DNA of 64,000 nucleotides from a virus: positions 1 through 64,000 of the IMG/VR virus record IMGVR_UViG_3300046660_000403; one strand, given 5' to 3'. This document shows positions 25,488 to 37,400 of this stretch, piece by piece. Numbering within the stretch: the stretch's first letter is position 1; each line of letters starts with the position of its first letter. A program made the translations under genes and the position numbers. The notes beneath the pieces were generated by a model that searched no databases, was not told the DNA's origin, and worked only from the letters and a program-made list of their open reading frames with translations.

Positions 25488-28400
25488 TTAGCCGCGTGTT
25501 TCGGCCAGTTCGCGGCTGACCGTCGCCTTGAGCGCCACCGGCGCGCTCTTCTGGGTCCGGTTCGCCGCGTCCTGGCGCATCGACCGCACCCGTTTCAGCA
25601 CGCCCGGCATGCTGACCTTGACGGGCGCCTCCGGGTTCTTCGCGTTCCAGTCGTCGCGCCAGTCACGCGCGGCCTGCACCATGCCCGCATCGTTCTGGGC
25701 GATGCCCTGCGCCCAGTGCTCGGCGATTTCCGCCTGGCGCATGCGCGTCTGCGCCAGCATGTTGAGCGCTTGCCCCTTGGCATCCTGAATATCGGCCGTG
25801 CTGTTGGGCTGGAAGCCGATGATCTTCATGATGCCCTCGGTGGTGCTGGTGTCGTTGACGCGGTAGCCGCGGGCGTCGTTGTAGCTGCCGCTGGCCAGCA
25901 TGTCGGCGCCCTTGATGACGTTGCGCACGGACGCCGGCGACACATCGAGCGCCGCGCCGGCGATATCGCCACCGAGCAGCTTGCCAGCGCCGGAGAACGC
26001 GCGCGCCGCCAAGTCACCAGCCGGGCCTGCCAGCTCGCCCAGATCGCGCGTGTAGCTCTCCTTCTTCTGCAACAGGCCGGTACCGGGAATCAGGTTACCC
26101 ATGCCGAAGCGGCCGGCCACGTCCACCGGCATGCCTGGCAGGCTCGAAATGCCCTTCAAGGCAAAGTCGGCGCCGCCTTGGCCCAGCACGTTCGTCAGGA
26201 AGGCCTGCTTGGCGCGCTTGGTGGCGAAGTTGTAACCCAGGCGTTGCATAATGCCGTCCAGCGCATCCTCCAGATCCTGCTCGAACGGCAGGCCGTCGGC
26301 GCCGGACATCAGGAACAGCACGGCCACCATGTACAGCGCGGCGCGGCGACCGGCCGCACGCTCCTTGGAGCCTGGTTCGCCAGCCATGGCCATGCGCGTG
26401 AGCAGCTCCAGATAGCCGATCGAATACTGCTTGAACGTCAGCAGCAGCGAACCGATGGTGCCACGCGCCCAGCGCGGCTTGTTGCCTGAGTTGTAGGTGC
26501 CCTGCGTTTGCGAAACCGCCTCCTGGGCGAACTTGGCCGGGTTGCCCATGCCCTGCGCGATGGCAGTGCGGTAGGCCGCGATGAAGGTGATGCGGCGGTT
26601 GGCCAACTCGGCCATGGCGAACAGCTTGCCCCAGCCCAGCGAGACCTTGGCCATGGCGTTGTTCAGGTGCGCGCGGGTGTTCCCGGCCAGCGTGCCGTCG
26701 CCGGTACGCAGCGAGCCCTTGCCCGACGCCTGCGCCTGCAGGTAATGCACCTCCTGTGGCGCCACGATGCCCTCGTCCTCGGCCCACTTGAGCGCCGCGT
26801 CCAGATCCGCATCGCCAGTGCTGTCCTTACCGGCCAGTTTCACCGCGTCGGCCAGCGCCTTACCGGCCTTGGCCAAGCCGCCCCACTGGCTCAGGTACGG
26901 CAGCGTCATGGTGAAGGGCTGCGTCAGGTTGACCATGGCTGATGCGACCGAACCGCCCAGGAACTGCGCGAACATCAGCCCGCCCAGTTGGTGGCCGCCG
27001 CCCTCCGGGTTGCGGATGTGCTCGCGCAGCTGCATGGCCGCGTCCGTCAGTTCCCCCTCCTGCTTGGGGATGGCGGTGACGGCCTCGTCGATCTCGCCCA
27101 GGTGGGCGTTGCCGGCGGTCAGGCGGGCATTGCTGTAGATGAAACCGGCCAGCACGCGCCCCGCATCCTCCGAGAAACCGGCGATGCCCTTGCGCTGGAT
27201 CATGCGCTTCATGGCGCTGCGGTTGTTCTTGGCCAGCTTCAGATACGCCTGGTAGACTTCGGTGCTGGCGGCATCGGCCTGGCTGTCCAGGCCCACCATG
27301 GAGCCGAACAGTTCGATCGTCTCGGGCGATACGCCGGCGAACAGTTTATAGGCGTCCTCCGACACCGTGCCCTGTGTCACCAGGGCGCCGGCGTGCGCCT
27401 CGCGCATGTCGCGCGCCATCTTCGCGGCCTCGTGCTGCGACTCGAACATGCCGAAATACACCTGTTCTTCGCCGTCCTGCACGTAGACCGTGTACTTGCC
27501 GAAGCGCGACAGCGGCGCGTAGCCGCGATCCATCAAGCCTTGTCCCTTGTCGGCCAGGTTCATGATCTGGCTGGCCGTGTCGAGGTGCATGTCGGTCTGC
27601 TCCGGATGCAGCTTGGCCAGCGCGATGAAGTGGTCGCGCAGCAGGTTCGCCGCCTGTGCCAGGCTTGGCTCGGCCACGGCCTGCTCTTGCAGGCTCTTGG
27701 CGTCCTTGCCGCCCAGTTTCACCATTTCGCTGATGGTAAGATTGGTCAGGCTCTTGTCGAGCGCGGCGCGGAACTCGCGGTACAGCGCGATCTGCGCATC
27801 GGAGAGGCTGAACTTGTCGCGCAGCTCGGCATCGCTCCACACCACGCCTCCCTGCAGCTGCGTGGCCGTGTAGCGACTGTTGATGCTCGCATCGTAGATG
27901 CCCAATGGGCTGGCCAGCCACGCCTGGTGCTGCTGGTGGTCGATGATGCCCTTGGCCAGCAGGATGCGCGCCTTGTCGGCAGTGCTCATCTGCTCGGCCT
28001 GCGCCTCCAGATCGGCCATGCTGATCGGCGCGCCGTTGGCATCGCGCGCCCAGCTCAGCGTGCCCTCGAAGATCGGCGCGGCGATCGCCTTGCTGTCCTC
28101 GGCGGTCAACGGCTTCTTGCGGTTCTTGCCGATGATGTCGGCGATGTTCTCCAGCTTGGGCAGCAGCGTGGGGGCCATGTCGGCCGCCACCACCGCATAG
28201 CGCGACACGTCGCCCAGGAAGCGCTGCACAGCCTCGTAGACCGGTGCGAAAATCGGGCGGCGCTTGGCCAGGTTGTCCATGGTGCCCAGCGTCTTGTGCC
28301 ACCAGTTGAGCTTGCCGGAGCTGTTGAACAGATCGCCCAGGCGGTAGCCGGCCGGCAGGCGCAGATCCTCGATGCTGTTGGCCGCGCCCGCCAGGCGCTC

Positions 28401-31400
28401 GCCCAGGCCGGTGCGGCTGTATGCGGCCGCATCACCCGCCTCGTTGACCAGCGTATGCACGGTCGGGCTATGGGCGAGGAAGTCCGTGCCCCACGTCGCG
28501 CCGTTCACGCGCGCGGTCTGGGCGTCAGCCGAAACCACGTCCGTGATCACGCCCGCCTCCACCCACGGCGCGAACGCGTCAACGTCGGCGCCTTCGGGCA
28601 GCGCCAGGAAGCGGTGTCCGCCGCTGCCGGTCTCGCGCACCATGCGGCGCAGCACGCCCTTGCCCTTGGCCAAGCCGCGTTTGCTGGTGTCGGTCAGCGC
28701 GCCCATCGGCACGTCCACCAGCAGCTGTACGGCGCCGTGAATGTCGGTCAGCACCAGCGCCGCGTGCCCGGCCGGGATTTGCAAAGCCTTGGCCAGCTGC
28801 GCCACATAGCCCGGTCCCTTGATGGCCACGCCCAGCAGTTGGTGCTCCAGCTCGGGCGCGCCGGTGAAATCGACGCCGTTCAATTCCGGCGCGGCCACCA
28901 GATCATGCGCGCCGGCGGCGTCGATGATGGCGTATTCATTGTGATCGATGACGACGTGCCCGCGCATGCCGGATACGGCAGCGGCGGTGCCGGTGGTCAG
29001 GTCGACGTCAGCGTCGGATGGCGTGGCGCGGCCCGACGGGTGGTTATGCAGCAGGTAGTAGCCATCGGCGCCGAAGCGGGCCTTGTCGGCCGCCACTTGC
29101 GCGTTCAGGTTGTTCGGCGTGCCCACCGATGCCGGCAGGCGCGAGGTGTAGCCGGCCTCGCCGACGATCTGGTCGCCAGCGGTGTAGAGCACGCGGAAGG
29201 TCTCGAAACGGGGATCGCGGTAAACCTGCGCCAGGGCGGCCAGGTCGGCCGGCGTGTGGACTACTTGCCCGACAAGCTCGTTGGGCTGTCCGGCAACGAA
29301 CCCGGCGAGCAACCGGCTACCGAGTACGGTAGCTGCGCCTCGACCAGCTGGATTGCCTTCGCCGATACGATCAACGCCGAGCCGTCGGGAAAGTGCTTCG
29401 ACGGCAGCGCGTCCGGTTCGCAGTTGGGCGTCGGTACTGCCTGGGCGGGTGTCGGTGTGTTCATAGGCGTCATTATAACCGGACGGTCCGGGCTCATGCA
29501 GCGTGCGCGGGGCGCTGCCCTGCCCTTGCGCCGCGGCGTGCTCGGCCCAGGTATCGACCAAGATGGCGCGCACCGCTTCCACGTCGCGCACCAGGTTGGC
29601 GGCGTCCCAGCGCGACCCGCGCAGCGCGCCGATCAGCTTGGCCGCCACTTCCATGAATTTATAGGCCACCTGGCGGAACAGGGAACGGTCGGCCTTGGCC
29701 AGGTCGGACCAGAACACCGGTTCGAGCCACATGGCGCCGTTGATGTCGGCGATCACCTCGGCCTCGGCCTGCTCCATGGGCACGTCCTGCAAGCCGGCGG
29801 CGACGTACTCGCGCAGCTGGCGATCGGCCACCACGCCATCCTTCAGGTGGGCGCGGATGCGCTCGCGCAGCTTGGCCCCGAGTGCCGGGTTCGATTGCTC
29901 CAGGGCGTGCAGCGTCTCGTGGCCGGCGATGGCCAGCACGGGATTGTGCAGGCTTTCCGCCAGGTAGGCGGTGCCGCGATAGGCCACACCCTCGAAGTCG
30001 CCATTGGCGGAGACGAAATTGACGTCGATGCCCAGCGCCTTGCCGGCCTGGCGCGCCAGCGCGAAGCCGGCATTGGGCGCCGTGCGCAGCGCGCGCACCG
30101 GCGCCATGCCTTCCTTGGCCAGCACGCGGTTCAGCTGTTCGGTGGTCTTCTTCGCTGCCAGCAGCTCGGCGCCGGTCAGCACCAGGGGCGCCGCGGTGCC
30201 CGCGTCATGTCCGGCAGGAACGGGCGGCAGGAAGGCGCGCGCCTCATCGCGGAAGTATTCGGCGTCGCGGCTGTACAGCACGCCCGCCAGCGGCGTGCTT
30301 ACACGTTGTAAGAGCCGGTCTGCAACGTGATCCAGTACGTCTCGCCCGCCGTCGCGTCCTTCTTCGCGTAAAACGGCTGCGACAAGTGCCGCTCTCTTAA
30401 GATCAGACACCCCAATCGGAGGCGTATACGCTCCTCGGTGGGATGGAAAGAGTGCGTCATAAGCCCGGCGAAGCGATCCTGCAGCAGCTGCAAAATCCGC
30501 GTCTGTGAAAGGTACTGCATCCACTCGTGCGAGCTGCCCTTCTGCTTCATCAGGGCCAGCAGCGCCTCGTCCGGCAGTGCTTCGATCTCCTCCTGATCCC
30601 AGTCCATCCGCATCAGCTTGTTCTCCTGCAGCGGATTGGTCAGCCAATAGTGCGCCGGAAGATGCCCGAACGGGTGCGGCGTCGCGTTCAAAGCGGGCAC
30701 GGGAGAAGTTGTAATGGACATCGGCGATCTCAGGGAAGACATGCAGGATGTTAGTGTAGGACGAAAGCAGCAGCTCGCGCAAGTTGTGCGCGTCGTCACC
30801 GGTGCGCCAGGCGACCGGGCGCACCGGCACGCCGGTGGCCGTTTGGATCGCTTCCACCTGGCGCGCGTGCGGCGCCAGGTGGGCGGTGGTGCCGTGGCGC
30901 AGCGCCGACGAGATCATCTGCTCGGTGCGGCGGTACAGCGCCTTGTCGGACAGCCCTTGCGGGTCGCCGATGAATACCTGCTTCGTGTTGTGCGCGAAAG
31001 TGGCCACCGCCTGGTAGACCTGGGCGCCCAGCTTGCCCTCCTTCCAGTTGGAGATATCGAGCCAGACTTCCTTGTTCTTGTTGTTTTTGTACACCCAGGC
31101 CAGCTCGCCGTCGGGAGACGTAATCTGCCAGACGCGGTCCACCGGCGTGGCGGCGTCCTCTTCCTCACCCTGGCTGTAGAACTCGTCCACGGTCATGCTC
31201 GGCCCCACTTCGGCCAGCACACCGGCCAGCGTCTTGGCTTCGCTACCAGGCAGGCGGAATGCGTCGTCATCGCTGGCCAGCTGCGAGAAGATATTGACCA
31301 GCTGATCGTCCGTGTCGATGCGCGCACGGCTGAATTGCGCCTCCGCCGGCGCCTGGCGCATGTAGCTGCCGTCCGCGCGGCGCAGCGGGTTGCTGCGCGC

Positions 31401-34400
31401 GACAATGGCGCGGGCGGGCGTGGAGGGGCCGCTCGACAGTTCGCGGATCACGGTTTCCAGACGCGCGTGCTTGGCATCCAGCTCGCCCTGCTGGGCGAAC
31501 GGGCCACCCTGGCGCGCGCGCAGATCCGGCAGCGAAGCCTCGGCGGCGGCCAGGCGGCGCGTAAAGTTGCCGATCGCCGAGGTCAGTCCGGATGGGTTGA
31601 GCGTCTTTTCCAGATCCTCCACGGCCGTGCGCATGGCCGACGTGGTGTACTCCGGGTTTTCGCGCCAATTGGTGTCACCGGTGGCCAGCGTGGAGCCATC
31701 CCAGCGCAGCACCGCCAGCGAGGTCCAGTAGCCGGCATTGCTGTCGTGCTCCATGGTCGCCTGCAGCGGCAAGCCGCGGAACTGGCCGATATCGACCGTT
31801 TTCGCCGCGTTCTCGCCCAGTTCGCCCGATACCTCGGCGGCAATCTCGGCGATGGCGCGCGCGGCGTCGGTGCGCGCGCCGAGATCCTGCCCGTTCACCG
31901 TCATGTGGAACGGCTGCTGGTCACCCAGGGCCGCACCCACGGCCGCCATGGCGCCATCGAGCGAGGCCAGGCGGCGGCCGTTGACCTTGACCGATACCTT
32001 GGCCTTGTCGTCGCCACCCTGCTGGGCGGTGACGGCTTCCATCACGGCGCGGCGCGCGGCGGCGCCGTCGTTGAAGTGCTCGCCCTCCACGCTCACGCTG
32101 CGCGCCGACACGGCCTGCTCCTGGGCCGACAGGCCCGCGTGCACGTCGGCCAGGTCGGATTCAGCCATCTTGATGCGCGCCGGCAGTTTGGCGACGCTGC
32201 TTTCGGCGTCCTCGATCTGGCTGGTGATGCCCCACTGTTTGCGGGCGTGCTGACGCTTGAGCAGCTCCAGCTTGTCGATTTCCGAGACCAGCTTGACGCG
32301 CTCCAGCAGCAGCGGGTCGCCGGAAGCCAGCGCGGCCAGTTCGGCCATGCTGACCGATTCCTCGTCCTCGAAGTCCATCGAGAACGCGCCGTCGTACTTG
32401 CGGATGGCGTTGATGGTTTTCAGCTTGGACGAGTTCAAGGCCCACATCTTCGCGTCGATGGTGCGCTCGGTCGCGTAGGCCAGGATTTCCAGCTCGAAGG
32501 CGTCGATGCCGTACTTGGCCAGCAGCTTGTTGCCCTGGCGGACGCCGCGGCCTTCACGCTGCTCGATGTCGGACGGCTTCCACGTCACGTCGGCGTGGTG
32601 GACGGCCACGATGCGCTGCTGCACGTTGGTGCCGGCGCCCATGCGTGGCGTCGAGCCGAGCAACACGCGCACGGTGCCGTCGTTGACGGCATCGAACAGC
32701 GCTTGCTTCTGGGCGTCGGTGTTCGCCTCCTGAACGAAGCGGATCTCGGCTGCCGGGATGCCGCGCGCAATCAGATTGTCCTTGATCTGCTGGTAGGCAT
32801 TCCAGCCGCCGGCCTGGGCATTGCGCAGTTCCTCCATTTCGTTCGGGTCGAAGCGCTCCAGCTTCTCGCCGGCGGCGCGCATGGCGCCCTCGTTCTGGTC
32901 CTTCAAGGCCTGGCGCTGCGCGGCCAGCAGCGCGTCGTACTCTTTGAGCACGGCGTCGTCGCCCTTGGCCTTGGGCACGGAGCGGTCGAGGAAAATGAGC
33001 TGCGTACCGCGATCGGCATGCCACTTGTCGTAGATGCGCTTGACGTTGTCAGCGATCACGTCCAGCTTGCCGCCCTCTTCGCGGCTGGTGGAATGCGGGT
33101 TGGCCGCGCGCACGTCCAGCGAGACCTTGCGGGCGCGGTCCATCAGGCGCAGGCGCGCCTTGTTGCGCTCGTACGGGTCCACGATGTTCGGCAGGCCGTC
33201 GAAGCCTTCCAGCACCTCATCGAGCAAGTTGATCTGCGCCTTGGTTGGCGCCATCACCACCGATTGGCGGTCACCGCCAGCTACGCGCGGGATCGGAAAG
33301 GCCTCGCCGCCGTTGTCCTCGGCATAGGCGCGCTTGATATCGTCGTTGTCCACGGAGTCGGTGAACGAGTAGTACAGGTCCATCAGCGAGCGCATGTTCG
33401 ACCACGTGCGGCCCAGGCGATTGACCTCCTTCAGGCGGCCGGTCTCGGTCGGCTCCCAGCCGGCGTCGGTGCTGACGAACTGGGCGCGCCAGGCGTCGAA
33501 GTGCTCCAGGCCCAGCTCCTTGAGTTCGTCGGCGGCCAGGTAGCGCATCATGTTGTACATTTCCACGGCCGAATTGGAGATCGGCGTGCCGGTCAGGAAC
33601 GTGACGGTGCCGGTTGGCGACTCGCGCAGCACGCGCACCTTGTTGTACAGGTCGAAGGCCTTTTGCGAGCCGGTCTTGTTGCCCATGCCCTTCACGCCGG
33701 TCAGGCGCGAGCTGTAGAACAGGTTTTTGAATTCGTGCGCCTCATCCACCGTCAAGTCATCGATGCCCATCTGCTCGAACGTCAGCAGGCGGTCCTTGTT
33801 CTTGTCGCCCTTGACCTTCTCCATGCGCGCGGTCAGCTTGTCCACCAGGCGCTCGGCCTCCTTCACGCCGAACGGCTTGCGGAAACCGGCTTGGCCGCTG
33901 TCCTCGGCCTCCTCTTCGGCCTCGGCCACGGCCGCGACGGCCGCGTCGAGTTCCTGCTGCAGGAAGCGCTCCTCGGTTTCGGGCGCGATGCCGATGAAGC
34001 CGAACGACGAGTGCGGCAGGATCACGATGTCATAGTCGCCGGTGGCGATCTTGGCGAACAGCTGGCGGCGGCGGCTCTTTTCAAAGTCCTTCTTGCCGGC
34101 CGCCAGCACCTTGGCGGCCGGGTATAGGCGGTACACGTCGGAGGTGAACTGCTCCACCATATGATTCGGCACCACCATCGTCGGCTTCTTCGACAGGCCC
34201 ATGCGGCGCCGTTCCATCGCCCGCGCGATCGCCGTGTAGGTCTTGCCAGCCCCGACCGTATGGTCGACCAGCATGAAACGCTCGCTGATGCCGCGCCAGA
34301 TCGTGTTCTTCTGGTGGCGGCGCATGGCGATCACGGCGTCCGGCACTTTCCCGGGCAGGAACAGGTGCGAGCCATCGTGCTGGCGCATCACGCGGGTGTT

Positions 34401-37400
34401 GAACTTCTCGTTGAAGATCTCCACCAGCTGGTTGCGGCGCGCGCCATCCTTGTACACCCAGTCGGAAAACTCGGTGCTGATCGCCTTGGCCTTGAGCAGC
34501 GCCAGGGCGGTTTTCTCCTGGTCCACGTGCGCGCCGCCGTCCTTGTCGTAGTACACCACCTTGATCGCGCTGTTGTTGAGCAGCGCGGCGATCAGCTCGA
34601 CGGAGGTGTAGCCGGGCGAGCCCCACTCTTCCTCGCTGGCGCGGTTGGTCGCAGCGCCGGTGACGCTGTAGCTGTTGGTGACGGCGGAATACGCCACGCG
34701 CGCGATGGCGGTGCCGGCGATGTGCTGCACGAAGTCGGCGTACACCGACGGCGGCACCCACGACGAGCCCAGCAAGGCGGTCACATTTTCGGCGCCCCAC
34801 GGCTCGGGCTGCACTTCTTCCAGGGCGTTGATGTTCTGCACCAGGCGTGCGGCGCGCGCGGCGTTGAGCTTGCGCTTGACCTGTCCGGACAGGTAGCTGT
34901 TGCGGGTCTCCCACAGGCCCGACTCAGGATCCTTGAACAGCAGCGGCTTGTCGGCCGCCGCCAGTTCCGCCTCGACGGCGGCCACGTCCTTGCCCAGCAG
35001 GGCGGCAATGCGCTCCAGATCCACGCGGCCGGCTTCGGCCATGTTGATGGCCACCGCGTCGGCCAGGGAGTCGGCCGTGGTTGGTGCCTCGTACGGCACG
35101 ATCACGCGTTTCGACAGGATCGGCGCCGGCTCGGCGGCCGCCGGGCGCACCTTCTCGCCGATGCGCGCGGCGCGCGCGGCCGTGATCGCTGGACGGTAGC
35201 CCGATTCGAGCGCCTGCACCAGCGCGCCGTCCGGCATGTTCGTCACCAGGGACGAGTTGGCCGGTTCGGAGACCAGGCCGTGCTCTTTCACGAATGCCTG
35301 GTAGGCCGCCGCCAGACTGGCGCGGTTGGCCTCGATCGCGGCCGTCTTGGCGTCCTCCGCCTCCAGCGACAGCTGCTCCTTGAGCAGATCGCGCAGCGCG
35401 ACGAGCTGGCGCAGGCGCTCGTAGCGGGTTTTCCCCAGTAGCATGGCCGATGGAATATCCGCCTCGCTGGTGAACACCTTGCGGTCGTACACGTTCAGGT
35501 TGGTGGTTTTGCCGTTCTTGACCTGTTTGACCGGCTTGCCGTGCTCGTCCATCTGCGCCTCGATGGTGTACCACTTGCCGTCGCGGTCCATATATAACGC
35601 GTCGGACCAGGGCGATTCCGGCGCCAGGATGCGGCGCGTCAGTTCAAAGGCGCCTTCGGGCGTCTCGCGCTCAACGACTTGGTGCAGTACGCCGCCGGCC
35701 TCCAGCTTGATCGAGCCGTTTTCGTGGCCGGCCAGGGCGATGCGCAGCGCATCGCTCATGTCCTTGTGGCGCGCGATGGCCGCGCTGATGCCGTCCGGCG
35801 TCTGCGTCATGACCGACTGGGGCAGGTGCTTGATGGCGCCGGCCAAGCGTTGCGCCAGGCTGTCCGGATCGTCCAGGCGCACCGTGATGTCGTTTCCATA
35901 GGCCATACTGCCCGAGCGCTCCAGCACGCCCATGACCATATGCGGGTGCTTGGCGAAATAGGTGTTCACGCGCATCGTGTCGCCGCCCAGCGGGTCGGCC
36001 AGCTCGGTGGTCTGCACCCATTCAGGCACTTGCGCGGCGAGCGCCTGGCGCTCGTCCTCGGCTTGGCGGCTGGTTTCCGGCTTCTGGGCCGCCGCGGCGA
36101 ATGCCGCCTCCATGGTCGCTTCCTCGGCTGGCGTGAGGCGCTGCAGGAATACCATATCGGTGACCACGGAGGTGCGCGCGTTTTCCTTGAATGCCGTGTC
36201 CGGCAGGCGGATGGCGCCCAGCAGGCGCGCCTTCTTGGCCAGTTGCACGCGCGAGGATTTATCCAGCTTGTCCAGCAGGTAGCGCGAGACCACCTGCACC
36301 TGCAGGCCGCCCGGCTTCAATGCGTCCAGCGAGGCCAGGAAGAACTGGTTGTGGATCGAATGGCCGTTGATCTCGGGCTTGAACTGGAAGCGCAGCGACT
36401 GGTCGCCGAATGGCGGATTGCCGATCGCCAGGTCGAATGCGCCATCGGCCAGCGGCACGCTCTGGAAGCCGCTGTTGAGCACGGTTTCGTTCGGGTACAG
36501 CAGCGCGGCGATGCGCGCGGTCAGGTTGTCGTACTCGACGCCGATGAACTTGGTGCGTGCGCCTACGTCTTCCGGCATCAGGCCGATGAAGTTGCCGGCA
36601 CCCATGGACGACTCCAGCGCCATGCCGCCCTGATAGCCCAGGCGGCGCGCGGCGGCCCACATGCTTTGCACGACAGTTTGCGATGTGTAATGCGAGTCCA
36701 GCGTGGAGCGGCGCGCCAGCGCGTACTCTTTCGGGCTCAGCAGCTCGGCCAGGTCGGCGCCGCGCTGGCGCCATGCGTCCTTGAACTGGCCCGTTTCAGG
36801 CGACGGGAAGGCGTTGGCCAAGCCGCCCCAGCCCACGTAACGGGCCATGATGGCCTGTTCCTGGGGCGTGGCGTGGCGATTTTCGGCCTCGACCGCGCGC
36901 ATGGTGCGGATCGCGGACAGGTTGTCGTTGAATTTCTGGACTTCGCCGCCCTGCCCCAGGCGCACGTCGTCGGTGATGTGGAAATTGAAGGCGGGCACCG
37001 ATGGCGCCGCCGCAGGGGCGATCGCGCTTACGTCGGATTCGGCTCGCGCATCTTGTCCTGGTACGCGTTCTCCATCTCGGCCAGCTCCTGGGCTTCCCAG
37101 TCCGTCTCTGGCGCTGGTTCCGCCGTCAGCAGGATATACCGGCTCAAGGCCACTTCTTCCGCTTCGTGCTGCTGATACCCGCTTTGCTGCAGGTTGGCGA
37201 TCAGCCGATGCGCCGCCACTGCGGCCGCCTCCGTCGCTTCGCTCCACTCGCCCTGCGCTTTCAGCACTTCCGTCTTGTGCGGCAGCCAGGTCTCCCAGTG
37301 ATGGCGCGCCTTCGCCGCCAGCGTTGCTATGTCCATGATCTTCCTTCTCTTTCGTATTGGGGGTCAGTGTATCGGATTTTTCGCGCGATGCAACATCGGC

